A stretch of DNA of 35,871 nt from Tubiluchus corallicola (lineage: Eukaryota; Animalia; Priapulida): positions 1-35,871 of the forward strand of contig JAQGDQ010000779.1 in assembly GCA_030141605.1 (NCBI GenBank), given 5' to 3'. The notes below the pieces were generated by a model, which was given only the letters and a program-made list of their open reading frames with translations, did no database searches and was not told the DNA's origin. The first letter of the stretch is position 1. Each line of letters starts with the position of its first letter. The translations under genes were made by a program, and so were the position numbers. Positions 1 to 9,394 of the stretch are shown one piece after another.

Positions 1-42
1 TTTAGCGTATCTTCTAATAAGATCCTCTGTTGCCCTCTTCAT
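1..42 (-). CDS. possible 5' end of a gene running off the left edge (MKRATEDLIRRYAK...)
   Basis: Minus-strand ATG at 42-40, open to position 1, AT-rich upstream; only 14 codons visible. Confidence 0.25.
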   Translation of the reverse strand, partial: MKRATEDLIRRYAK

Positions 43-246
43 TCGCAAAATTAATGTGTTAAACTGCTTACAAACTCAAAACAAGCCGGAAAACTGCTGC
101 TCTCCCGCAACTTATACCTCCCGCTAATATTAAGATGCACAAGTACAACAATGCTCACAAACTAATTTGCACTTTTTTATCCTATAAACACAAAAGCACT
201 ATCTATCAAATGCTTACAAACGCTAATTTTGCCATATTAATAACCT

Positions 247-378
247 GAAGACTTCGAAAAAGCAAAAACTTTTGGCCCAGGTTGAGGAAAATATCGATGA
301 AAAGCCACTCCTTAGTAGGCACAAATGAAGATTTTGACGAAAATATTTATTAAAAAGATGAATTTATCAATGACCTCT
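247..378. repeat. dispersed ~130-bp MITE-like repeat, copy 1
   Basis: 318-357 matches 14517-14556 at 37/40 nt (ggcacaaatgaagattttgacgaaaatatttattaaaaag); flanks are also similar to copies 2 and 3. Confidence 0.7.
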
Positions 379-633
379 AACCTAATCCCAAAAAAATAAA
401 ACACCCTCAAAAACAGATATATAGCGCCAAATGAAAGCTTTAGCCTTTCAATAATAGCCAGTATTACCTTACCTTATTTACAAACCCGTAACCCTGGCAA
501 ACAACAAAATGCAAAACATTACTGTAAAACATATACTTTAAAAGGTAAAACTTATATAACTTTAAACAATGAAAATTTAAATGTGTATCAAACCTTTAGG
601 TCTGAAACAATATTCACCAAAAACACCCTACCT

Positions 634-1101
634 ATGGAGTCAACACAAAAACTAATAAAAAGCCTAGCTAAAAAACATGGGCGCCATCGCAAAAGCCTAC
701 TACCCGTACTTCAGGGTGTTGTTGAGCAGGAGAGTTACCTGTCTGAACACTCGATGTCTGAAATTGCCCGAGAGTTAGATATTCCTGCTGCTGAAGTATT
801 TGGAACAGCCACTTTCTACTCATTCCTGGAGCACAAAAAAGTGGGCAAGTACACTATTCGTATTTGTAAAACAATCTCCTGCTCAATGAAACAAAAAAAC
901 CAGATACTCCTTGCCATAGAAAACATGCTAAAAATAAAACTGGGAGAAACTACCCAAGATGGAAAATTCTCTATAATGGAGACAAACTGCCTGGGGTGGT
1001 GTCACAAAGCTCCGGCAATGCTAATCAATGACGAAATACACACTGAACTAACCATTGAAAAAATACAGGAGATCATTTCCGATTATATGCAACGCCCATA
1101 A
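634..1101 (+). CDS. hydC: [FeFe]-hydrogenase gamma subunit, NuoE-like [2Fe-2S] protein
   Basis: ATFYS, C-x4-C (CKTISC) and CLGWC..AP motifs of the NuoE family; ATG at 634 preferred over GTG at 583; first gene of the hydrogenase operon. Confidence 0.9.
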   Translation: MESTQKLIKSLAKKHGRHRKSLLPVLQGVVEQESYLSEHSMSEIARELDIPAAEVFGTATFYSFLEHKKVGKYTIRICKTISCSMKQKNQILLAIENMLKIKLGETTQDGKFSIMETNCLGWCHKAPAMLINDEIHTELTIEKIQEIISDYMQRP

Positions 1102-1189
1102 AAGGGCGATATGCACTATATGCCAACTGCAGCAGACCGGTTATAACGATACTTAAACTTATAATCACACACTCAATAAACCTATATAA

Positions 1190-2377
1190 ATGTCTGAAAA
1201 ACACCATCTATTAAAACGAGCCGACTTTATCTTTAACAACAGCAGCAACTGGAAGAGTATTCTGTCTAAGTCTGTAAAACGCTCCAAAAACGATATAGTA
1301 AACGAACTAATCAGCTCTGAATTGAAAGGACGTGGAGGTGCAGGCTTCCCCACAGGCCTGAAATGGAAGCTTGCAGCAGAAGTAAAATCAAACAGAAAAT
1401 TTGTTATCTGTAATGCAGATGAGGGAGAACCAGGCACATTTAAAGATCGGGAAATACTTACAAAAGTTCCCTGTAAAGTGCTAGCAGCAATGGCAATTTG
1501 TGGAAACATAATAGGAGCGAACAAAGGTTACATATACCTGAGAGGAGAGTACAAATTTCTTGTACCTCAACTTGAAAAAGCCATCAAGGAATTTAAACAC
1601 TTTTGTAAAGAAAAAGATATTAAATTTTCCATCTCCATCTTTCTGGGAAGCGGAGCATATATATGCGGAGAAGAAACCGCAATCTTTGAGTCGATGGAGG
1701 GAAAACGTGGCGAACCCAGAAACAAACCACCATACCCTACACAGGTAGGGTATATGGGAGCTCCAACCGTTATAAACAATGTGGAAACCCTTGCACACAC
1801 CTTTACTATATTCGAATATGGAGCAAAAAAATTTTATGACCTGGGTGTTCAATACTCGCGCGGAACAAAACTATTCTCTGTATCGGGAGATACTCCTAGG
1901 CCAGGTATATATGAACTGGAGCTTGGCATGAGCCTTCTGGACTTTGTAGATGAGTTTGGCGATGGAGACACAAAGGCAGTACAGGTAGGGGGCGCATCGG
2001 GTTTTCTTGTACCTAGAAAAAAATTCAACGAAACAAACATCGGGTATGAAGGTAAACTTACGGGCATATCCCTTCCTACAGGCGGCTCAATGATGCTTTT
2101 CAACAGTTCCCGGTCAATGTTTAACGTCATAGACAACTACCTCGACTTCTTCAGAGAAGAATCATGCGGGCAATGCACACCCTGCCGTGTAGGCTGTCAG
2201 CAACTACACATCGGTATAAAATCAGTAAAACGCGGAAACCACCCGGCACAATACCTTAACACACTCCTTAAGCTTAGTGAAACAATGCAATACACATCCA
2301 AGTGCGGTCTTGGACAATCTGTAGCAAACTCATTCTCCTCTATCGTTACAAACTTCAAAGAAGAGATGATCTACTAA
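1190..2377 (+). CDS. hydB: [FeFe]-hydrogenase beta (diaphorase) subunit, NuoF-like, short form
   Basis: GRGGAGFPTG, NADEGEPGTFKDR, GAYICGEET, INNVET and ESCGQCTPCR...CGLGQ motifs; 395 aa with no C-terminal ferredoxin domain. Confidence 0.92.
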   Translation: MSEKHHLLKRADFIFNNSSNWKSILSKSVKRSKNDIVNELISSELKGRGGAGFPTGLKWKLAAEVKSNRKFVICNADEGEPGTFKDREILTKVPCKVLAAMAICGNIIGANKGYIYLRGEYKFLVPQLEKAIKEFKHFCKEKDIKFSISIFLGSGAYICGEETAIFESMEGKRGEPRNKPPYPTQVGYMGAPTVINNVETLAHTFTIFEYGAKKFYDLGVQYSRGTKLFSVSGDTPRPGIYELELGMSLLDFVDEFGDGDTKAVQVGGASGFLVPRKKFNETNIGYEGKLTGISLPTGGSMMLFNSSRSMFNVIDNYLDFFREESCGQCTPCRVGCQQLHIGIKSVKRGNHPAQYLNTLLKLSETMQYTSKCGLGQSVANSFSSIVTNFKEEMIY

Positions 2378-2397
2378 ACCACATATAAACTCTGACT

Positions 2398-4188
2398 ATG
2401 GACAAAAAAATAAACATATCAATAAACGGACTACCTGTCGAAGTCGAAGCGGGAACCACAGTACTGGACGCAGCAAATAAAATCAACATTGTAATACCTA
2501 CCCTTTGTCATCATAAGGACATATGTGTAGCAGGCAATTGCAGAGTGTGTGTTGTTGAAATTACCGGGCAAAAAAGACTCTCAGCAGCATGTGCCACCCC
2601 ATGCGAAGAGGGAATGGAAATACTTACCAACAGCCTGAAAGTGCGAAATAGCCGCAAGCACATTATTCAACTGCTGCTCTCTGAGCACAATGCAAACTGC
2701 ACCAAATGTTATCGAAATGGAAACTGCGAACTACAGACGCTGTCATCCGAATTTAAAATAATGACACAAGACTTTATCTACCTTGCCCCCAATAAAAACT
2801 ACACAGTTGATGACCTCTCTCCAAGTATCATTAAAGATGACAATAAATGTATCCGCTGTCAGAGATGCGTAAGAACCTGTGCACAATTACAAGGTGTAAA
2901 TGCCCTTTCAGTAACGCACAAGGGAGATAAAATGAAAATAGCTACATTTTTCAACAACCCCATGCATAACGTAGTATGCACAAACTGTGGGCAATGTGTC
3001 AACCGCTGCCCCACAGGTGCACTGGTTGAAAAAAACTATGTAGAAGAAGTCTGGGATGCTATTGGTGATCCCGAAAAGCATGTGGTTGTTCAAACAGCTC
3101 CAGCCACCAGAGTAGGGCTGGGAGAAGAAATTGGCTTGCCTCCAGGCTCTTGCGTTACAGGCAAGATGGTAGCAGCATTAAAACGTCTTGGCTTCAATGC
3201 AGTACTGGACACTGACTTTTCTGCCGACCTCACCATAGTGGAGGAAAGCGCAGAACTGCTGTCACGACTAAAAAAAGCCCTAGTCGATAAAGATAAAAAT
3301 GTAAAACTACCAATGGCAACATCATGCTCTCCCGGATGGATCAAATATATAGAACACTTATACCCTGAATACCTTGGAAACCTATCCTCCTGCAAATCAC
3401 CCCAGCAAATGTTTGGCGCATTAGTAAAAACATACTATGCAAAAGTGCGAAACATAGATCCAAAAAATATTGTATCAGTCTCCATAATGCCATGCACTGC
3501 AAAAAAATTTGAAGCAAATCGCCCTGAAATGCAAGATAGCGGACATAAAGATGTGGACTATGTCCTGACAACACGTGAACTCGCAATACTTGTAAAACAG
3601 GCAGGCATAGATTTCAATAAGCTCGAAAACCAAAAATATGACAAGCTTATGGGTAAATCTACCGGAGCCGGCGTTATATTTGGAACCACAGGTGGGGTTA
3701 TGGAAGCTGCCCTACGCACAGCCTATGAAATTACAACAGGTCGTGAAGTACCGTTTGAAAATATGAATATTACACCCGTACGCGGAATGAAAGGCATAAA
3801 ACAAGCCACTATCAAAATAGAAAAACCGTTAAAAGAGTGGAACTTCCTTGACGGTGCAGAACTAAAATGTGCAGTTGCACACGGCTTGGTGAATGCAAAA
3901 AAAGCCATGGACGCTGTCAAAGACGGAAAAGCAGATTTTCACTTCCTAGAAGTTATGGCATGCCCTGGCGGATGCCTGGGTGGTGGAGGACAGCCAATAC
4001 CAACAAGCCAAGAGATAAGGGAAAAACGCTCTATGGCCATCTATGCAGAAGATGAAAGAAAAGCCATACGTAAATCACATGAAAACCCTGAAGTAAAAGA
4101 GCTGTACAAAAGCTTCCTTGATAAACCGCTGGGCAAGCTATCTCATCAGCTCCTACATACAACTTATACTCCCAGAGATAGATACTAA
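2398..4188 (+). CDS. hydA: group A [FeFe]-hydrogenase catalytic subunit
   Basis: H-cluster motifs TSCSPGW, MPCTAKKFE and EVMACPGGCLGGGGQP; N-terminal [2Fe-2S], His-ligated [4Fe-4S] (HNANCTKC..NGNC) and two [4Fe-4S] motifs. Confidence 0.97.
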   Translation: MDKKINISINGLPVEVEAGTTVLDAANKINIVIPTLCHHKDICVAGNCRVCVVEITGQKRLSAACATPCEEGMEILTNSLKVRNSRKHIIQLLLSEHNANCTKCYRNGNCELQTLSSEFKIMTQDFIYLAPNKNYTVDDLSPSIIKDDNKCIRCQRCVRTCAQLQGVNALSVTHKGDKMKIATFFNNPMHNVVCTNCGQCVNRCPTGALVEKNYVEEVWDAIGDPEKHVVVQTAPATRVGLGEEIGLPPGSCVTGKMVAALKRLGFNAVLDTDFSADLTIVEESAELLSRLKKALVDKDKNVKLPMATSCSPGWIKYIEHLYPEYLGNLSSCKSPQQMFGALVKTYYAKVRNIDPKNIVSVSIMPCTAKKFEANRPEMQDSGHKDVDYVLTTRELAILVKQAGIDFNKLENQKYDKLMGKSTGAGVIFGTTGGVMEAALRTAYEITTGREVPFENMNITPVRGMKGIKQATIKIEKPLKEWNFLDGAELKCAVAHGLVNAKKAMDAVKDGKADFHFLEVMACPGGCLGGGGQPIPTSQEIREKRSMAIYAEDERKAIRKSHENPEVKELYKSFLDKPLGKLSHQLLHTTYTPRDRY

Positions 4189-4240
4189 AAGATAGTAGCA
4201 GAGAATACCCGCGCACATACTACTTTTCGGGAATGTTGTA

Positions 4241-4248
4241 TACCTTTG
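4241..4248 (+). promoter_or_regulatory. possible Bacteroidota -7 promoter element upstream of hydG
   Basis: TAccTTTG matches TAnnTTTG, 23 nt before the hydG ATG; no clear -33 element. Confidence 0.35.
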
Positions 4249-4271
4249 TTTTTTTGAAATAATGCAAGATA

Positions 4272-5780
4272 ATGCCTAAAAAAGAAGTTAGCGACTGGAA
4301 GAAAAATATTATAAAAAAAAATGAAATTGACAAATACCTTGTCAATGGGAAGGACTTCATTGATGAAGAGAAAATCGTATCACAGATTGAAGCAGGCAAA
4401 AATCCCGAACCTTCACTTATCAGGGATATACTTCAAAAATCACTATCAATAAAAACCCTCTCCCCCAATGAAGTTTCAGCCCTGCTAAATGTCCAGTCAC
4501 CTGATATATGGGATGAAATAAACAGTACAGCCCTAAAAGTTAAACAAAAAGTCTATGACAACCGCATTGTATTTTTTGCTCCATTGTACTGCTCTAACCT
4601 CTGTGTTAATAACTGTGCCTACTGCGGATTCAGAGAAGCAAATACCCGCGAAAAACGACGTATTCTGTCAATGGACGAAATACAAGCAGAAACTACATCT
4701 GTTCTAAAAGAGGGACACAAAAGGATTATCATGGTTTATGGCGAGCACTCCGACTCAGACATAGACTACATTACCGATTCAATTAGGGCTGTTTACTCCA
4801 TAAAAGAGAAAGCCCCAAACTCAGGACGTCCCACAAACATTAGGAGAGTTAACATAAACGCATCTCCTATGAACATCAAAAAATTAAAGCAACTCAAAGC
4901 GGCTGGAATCGGAACCTACCAGGTTTTTCAAGAAACATACAATAAAGATATGTACGCCAAAGTCCATCCAGGTACAACCATAAAAGGCGACTACAGGTGG
5001 AGACTCTACGCCCTACACCGAGCTATGGACGCCGGAATTGACGATGTTGCAATAGGTGCTCTATTTGGATTATATGACTGGAAATTTGATGTGATGGGAT
5101 TACTATACCACACACTAGAACTTGAAAATCGCTATGGTATTGGCCCCCATACAATCTCGTTCCCTCGCATGACACCAGCCTCTGGATCATGGCTCAGCAC
5201 TCACTCGAAACATCTCGTAGCAGACGATGACTTTAAAAAACTCGTTGCTGTACTAAGGCTATCTGTACCTACAGCCGGACTTATTGTGACAGCACGCGAA
5301 GAAGCCAAAATAAAACGTGAAATTTTGAAACTAGGATGCACGCAAACAGACGCATCTACCCATATAGGAATCGGAGCTTACAGTGATCAAAAGACAGAAT
5401 CTGATTTAAACAGGAAGCAATTCACAATTGGCGATCCCCGCAGCCTGGATGACATTATCTATGAAGTGTCAAAGCTCGGATTTATCTCCTCATTCTGTAC
5501 AGCAGGATATCGGTGTGGACGCACAGGAAAAACCATTATGAACATGCTAAGTCACTGCATAGAAGGAAAATTTTGTAAAATCAATGCTGTTTTAACATTT
5601 CGTGAATATCTCAGCGATTACGCATCACCAAAAACAAAAAAGATAGGCGAAAACTTAATTAAGCAGGAGATTGCGCAAATCGAAGAGAACCCTTACTTTA
5701 AAAAACATCCCGGCCTGATGCAGCAGTTCAACAATGAATATAAGGAAATACTACTGGGTAAAAGAGACTTATACATTTAA
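4272..5780 (+). CDS. hydG: [FeFe]-hydrogenase H-cluster radical SAM maturase
   Basis: FAPLY.SN.CVNNCAYC radical-SAM motif, YQVFQETY, GPHTISFPR and a C-terminal CX5CX19C cluster motif; adjacent to hydA. Confidence 0.93.
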   Translation: MPKKEVSDWKKNIIKKNEIDKYLVNGKDFIDEEKIVSQIEAGKNPEPSLIRDILQKSLSIKTLSPNEVSALLNVQSPDIWDEINSTALKVKQKVYDNRIVFFAPLYCSNLCVNNCAYCGFREANTREKRRILSMDEIQAETTSVLKEGHKRIIMVYGEHSDSDIDYITDSIRAVYSIKEKAPNSGRPTNIRRVNINASPMNIKKLKQLKAAGIGTYQVFQETYNKDMYAKVHPGTTIKGDYRWRLYALHRAMDAGIDDVAIGALFGLYDWKFDVMGLLYHTLELENRYGIGPHTISFPRMTPASGSWLSTHSKHLVADDDFKKLVAVLRLSVPTAGLIVTAREEAKIKREILKLGCTQTDASTHIGIGAYSDQKTESDLNRKQFTIGDPRSLDDIIYEVSKLGFISSFCTAGYRCGRTGKTIMNMLSHCIEGKFCKINAVLTFREYLSDYASPKTKKIGENLIKQEIAQIEENPYFKKHPGLMQQFNNEYKEILLGKRDLYI

Positions 5781-5809
5781 ACACTAAGAATTCCAATCTT
5801 AAACACAAA

Positions 5810-6760
5810 TTAGAAATACCTTGGTGCGTCAATTCTACCCCAGTACCTCTCCCGAAGCCTTTTCTTTGTAGTAAAATCAATGCTTATCATTAATTCGTGC
5901 GTACCTGCATTATAATAACCATCCCAGGGAGAAGTTGTATCATAAGCATAACCAATCTTAATCTGGTTAGAAACATGAAACTGTATAAGCGCCCCTACAA
6001 AATCCCCTACCCTGTATGTTCCGCCCAGCCACACTTTGTCAAAAAACAGACAGTGCAAAGAAAGATCAGCATCAAAAAAGTTGTCTTGGGCGTATCGTGC
6101 AAGCCCTGAAACTCTGTACTGTATCCGACCGGAAGTATTAAAAACATAACCAGCCATGCCATAAAAATGTCTCAACTCCTTATGTTTAATTTCGGTAGTG
6201 GCCTCTTGTATCTCATTACTCAAAACTTTGGGAATAGAGGCACCTATAAACAATCTTTCTGTATGCCACATCACCCCTACCCCAAAGTTTGGAAGAAACC
6301 TGAAAACATCATTTACAAAACCGGGGTCTCCCGGATCTATCACCTCCAGCTCCGATAATCGAATATCTATTAGGTTAAAACCTCCCTTCAATCCAAATGC
6401 AAGACGCCCCGGCTTAAACTTAATATGATAAGCATAGTCAATATACACCCCATTCTGCCTTACTGGCCCCAGCCTCTCATTATATATCGAAAAACCTATA
6501 CCAGCATTATGTGAACCAACAGGTGTATGCAAAACTGCTGTGTTTGTAAGGGGGTAACCGTCAAACTCAGTAAACTGGTGCCTGGTTAATACTGTAAGAT
6601 TTGTATACCCGTGGATGCCGGCATAAGCAGGCTGGACAAGAAGGGTATTGTTAAGATGCTGGGTATATATTGGATCTTGCTGAGAATATCCGAAAAAAGG
6701 CAATATAACAAAAAGCAACAGTGTCACTTTCCATATAGCTATTTTTATTACATCAACCAT
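5810..6760 (-). CDS. type IX secretion system PorP/SprF family outer-membrane protein
   Basis: Signal peptide then QQDPIYTQ...PAYAG, IGYAYD, GTHELMIS and a terminal PRYF; lies directly downstream of a type-B CTD gene. Confidence 0.93.
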   Translation of the reverse strand: MVDVIKIAIWKVTLLLFVILPFFGYSQQDPIYTQHLNNTLLVQPAYAGIHGYTNLTVLTRHQFTEFDGYPLTNTAVLHTPVGSHNAGIGFSIYNERLGPVRQNGVYIDYAYHIKFKPGRLAFGLKGGFNLIDIRLSELEVIDPGDPGFVNDVFRFLPNFGVGVMWHTERLFIGASIPKVLSNEIQEATTEIKHKELRHFYGMAGYVFNTSGRIQYRVSGLARYAQDNFFDADLSLHCLFFDKVWLGGTYRVGDFVGALIQFHVSNQIKIGYAYDTTSPWDGYYNAGTHELMISIDFTTKKRLRERYWGRIDAPRYF

Positions 6761-6793
6761 TGACTATCAATTTAAACACTTATATGTTTTCTG

Positions 6794-8194
6794 CTAATTG
6801 GATATGTATACAAAGCCTTTAACTTGAAGCTTCTCATCCCTTGTAGTAAAGATATAGTAGTATGTACCAGGAGGTAATATATCCCCTCCTAAAGCTCCTG
6901 TATTAGACCTTCCGTCCCAATCATTATTATAATCATCATTCACATAAACAACCCTTTCCCAGCGGTCGTATACTATCAACTGAGATCCGGGGTACTCCTC
7001 TATACCTAAAATCTCAAAATAGTCATTAAAGCCATCCATATTTGGGGAGAAAGCTTCAGGTATAACTACTGTATTTTTCATGATGTTAATAGTTACCACA
7101 GCATCATCACACGCACCAGAATCATCACACACCATATAAACAAACTCATCCACCACATCATCTTGGTCGCCTGACGTATATGTAACTGTTCCATCACTGT
7201 TTATAACAGCAGAACCATACTCCAAGGGCTTAATAATAGTGACCGAACTCGTATCTAAATCATTATCTATATCTATATCATTACTTAAAATATCAAAAGT
7301 TATCTGATGACCACCAGCTCTCACATATAAATAATCATCGTATGCTGCTGGAGGATTAGTCCTTACTGAAACTCTAACACTGGCTGTATCAGCACAACCC
7401 AAATTATCAGTAACAACAAGGATGTATGTCCCCGCATATCTAATCTTAGGTAGTGATGACAATACTCCGTCCTCAATTACACCATCAGGTGAACGCCAGT
7501 TAAAAGTAATATCATTCCCTGTGGAGGATGAACCGTCAAGATATGTGACCCCACCTCTTGCTATGCGATCAGGCTTAGTAATAACAGCAACAGGCAGGCT
7601 CGCAACATTTATATATAAAGTATCTGAATCACTAAACCCATTCTCATCAGTAACGGTAAGTACTATCTCATCCACACCTGCCCTTTGAGGAATATATTGT
7701 GGCTGACTGCTATTGGGATCATCAAATATTCCAGCCTCAGCAAACCATGAATATTGAATACCCTGTCCCTTTGACGCTGTTCCGTCAAGAGATACAGTAT
7801 TACACTGTCCTACCATATCATAGTCTTCACCCGCATAAGCAACCACAGCCTCAGATACACTTACCATAGTGGCCTTTTTATTACTACACCCATACATATT
7901 CGTTTCAGTAACAACAACAAGGTAATTTCCTAAAGCCATCCACTCTATATCTGTTTGAGCAGCATTATTACTAGTTAGGAAATCAGCCTCAGAAGCAGAA
8001 GCTATATTACTAAAGGAGGTGCCACTGTAAACCAACCACTCATAACTACTTCCCGCGTGCTCCTCAACGTAAAAAGTTATTGACTCGCCCTCAACAGTAA
8101 CAAGCACTTCCTGTGCCGTGGCTGATGCCACGGACAGGGCTATCGCACAAACGATATGCAGAAAGTGTTTGCAGTATGTTTTAAAAGACATCAT
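6794..8194 (-). CDS. T9SS type-B CTD (gliding-motility-associated C-terminal domain) surface protein with PKD-like and cadherin/Big_9-like domains
   Basis: C-terminal IPEAFSPNMDGFNDYF...YDRW...WDG...GTYYY...KGFVYI; PKD-like LDG..S.G...Y.W repeats; PPAAYDD...DILSNDIDID domain; start ATG at 8194 or 8191. Confidence 0.9.
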   Translation of the reverse strand: MMSFKTYCKHFLHIVCAIALSVASATAQEVLVTVEGESITFYVEEHAGSSYEWLVYSGTSFSNIASASEADFLTSNNAAQTDIEWMALGNYLVVVTETNMYGCSNKKATMVSVSEAVVAYAGEDYDMVGQCNTVSLDGTASKGQGIQYSWFAEAGIFDDPNSSQPQYIPQRAGVDEIVLTVTDENGFSDSDTLYINVASLPVAVITKPDRIARGGVTYLDGSSSTGNDITFNWRSPDGVIEDGVLSSLPKIRYAGTYILVVTDNLGCADTASVRVSVRTNPPAAYDDYLYVRAGGHQITFDILSNDIDIDNDLDTSSVTIIKPLEYGSAVINSDGTVTYTSGDQDDVVDEFVYMVCDDSGACDDAVVTINIMKNTVVIPEAFSPNMDGFNDYFEILGIEEYPGSQLIVYDRWERVVYVNDDYNNDWDGRSNTGALGGDILPPGTYYYIFTTRDEKLQVKGFVYISN

Positions 8195-8230
8195 CAAGTA
8201 CTTAAATTACAGATTATTAGTAATACAAGC

Positions 8231-8456
8231 AGTTAAAACCTGCTAAAAGTTCTCCTGTACGCTAGTTCGTATTATTGTATTATTACCTGTTGTAACCGAC
8301 GTCAACAATAATAAGTAGTTAGAACCTGCTAAAAATTCACTCGTATGCTAGTTCGTATAATACCTGCTGAAATCGACGTCAACAATAATAAATAGTTAGA
8401 ACCTGCTAAAAACTCACTCGTAACTAGTTCGTACCAATGCCTGTTGTAGCTGGACG
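8231..8456. repeat. three imperfect tandem repeats (86 bp, 77 bp, ~63 bp) overlapping the 3' end of the 8424-9332 gene
   Basis: Units begin agtta(a/g)aacctgctaaaa at 8231, 8317 and 8394; each contains ctagttcgta...cctg(t/c)tg, the reverse complement of the gene's last codons and stop. Confidence 0.85.
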
Positions 8457-9332
8457 AGAGTTTATTGTCTGAACCTGTACAGGTAGCGAGCTAATATCAG
8501 CACCTACACTATTTGTAATTTCAGTTACAATATTTGCTCCATCATCAGCAACATTTGAAAGTGTCAGCTGAACTGTTTGGTCAGAAAGCCCCTCTTCAAA
8601 AACACCTCCGGTATCCCCATTATCCAGGCTTGCTTTTACATAGACATTCGCTGTTCCAGCAGGTACACTCACTGTCCCTCCGGTAAGCGTAGCATATGTA
8701 GACCCATCATCCAGGCTGTACTCATACGTACCAACAGCATTACCTATAGCAGTACCCGTAGCAATATCATAATCAAATGACCATGCACTTGAAATACCAG
8801 CAGGGGTCAACTTAAAGATATAGTCTCCTGAACCATAATCATACGTTATTGTAGTTCCCGAAGCAGTAAGTGTAACAGATGGAGCACATCTTAAAGGATC
8901 ATCACTCTCAATATCAGACTCATCCATAGCTACATACACCAGGACAAACGCATTTAAAGGTGCAATTGCCATAGCCTTGATATTTTCACAGCCGGAAGCA
9001 CCCTCCTCTTTGACAACAAGATAGTAAGTCTTACCAAGTGAAGTAGCTTTCCATGTTATATCTACACTAAAAAGATCCGTCTGCTGTGCGTTATACCCAG
9101 AAGCAAATGAAAAATCTGTTTCTGCGAGTGCAACACTCAGGTCAGAGTCATCAGCAACATGCCATGTGTATAAATTGCCCACCCCGGCATCTTGGCTGGC
9201 ACCGTCGTCTGAGCTATTTACCCAGTAGCTGTGAGTTGCTCCAGAATGTGGAGTTATTCCCGAACTCTGTGCTAATACACTAGATGCCAATACTGTAAAA
9301 AAGCTGGTTGTAAGAATAAATACTTTTTTCAT
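8424..9332 (-). CDS. secreted two-domain Ig-like hypothetical protein with C-terminal RPATTGIGTN tail
   Basis: Sec signal peptide (MKKVFIL...VLA-Q); beta-rich, acidic, Thr/Ser/Gly-rich; no recognisable T9SS CTD. Confidence 0.8.
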   Translation of the reverse strand: MKKVFILTTSFFTVLASSVLAQSSGITPHSGATHSYWVNSSDDGASQDAGVGNLYTWHVADDSDLSVALAETDFSFASGYNAQQTDLFSVDITWKATSLGKTYYLVVKEEGASGCENIKAMAIAPLNAFVLVYVAMDESDIESDDPLRCAPSVTLTASGTTITYDYGSGDYIFKLTPAGISSAWSFDYDIATGTAIGNAVGTYEYSLDDGSTYATLTGGTVSVPAGTANVYVKASLDNGDTGGVFEEGLSDQTVQLTLSNVADDGANIVTEITNSVGADISSLPVQVQTINSRPATTGIGTN

Positions 9333-9394
9333 AATGATGTAATTTATTTGGTTTCTAAAAAATTTACTTTTTACTTATATTTCTCTATATATCA

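Noticed and set aside
583-2377. complex I nuoE/nuoF genes
   Set aside because: No other nuo genes are present, and adjacency to hydA and hydG identifies them as hydrogenase subunits.
8231-8456. CRISPR array
   Set aside because: Units are similar along their whole length with no unique spacers, derive from a gene 3' end, and no cas genes are present.
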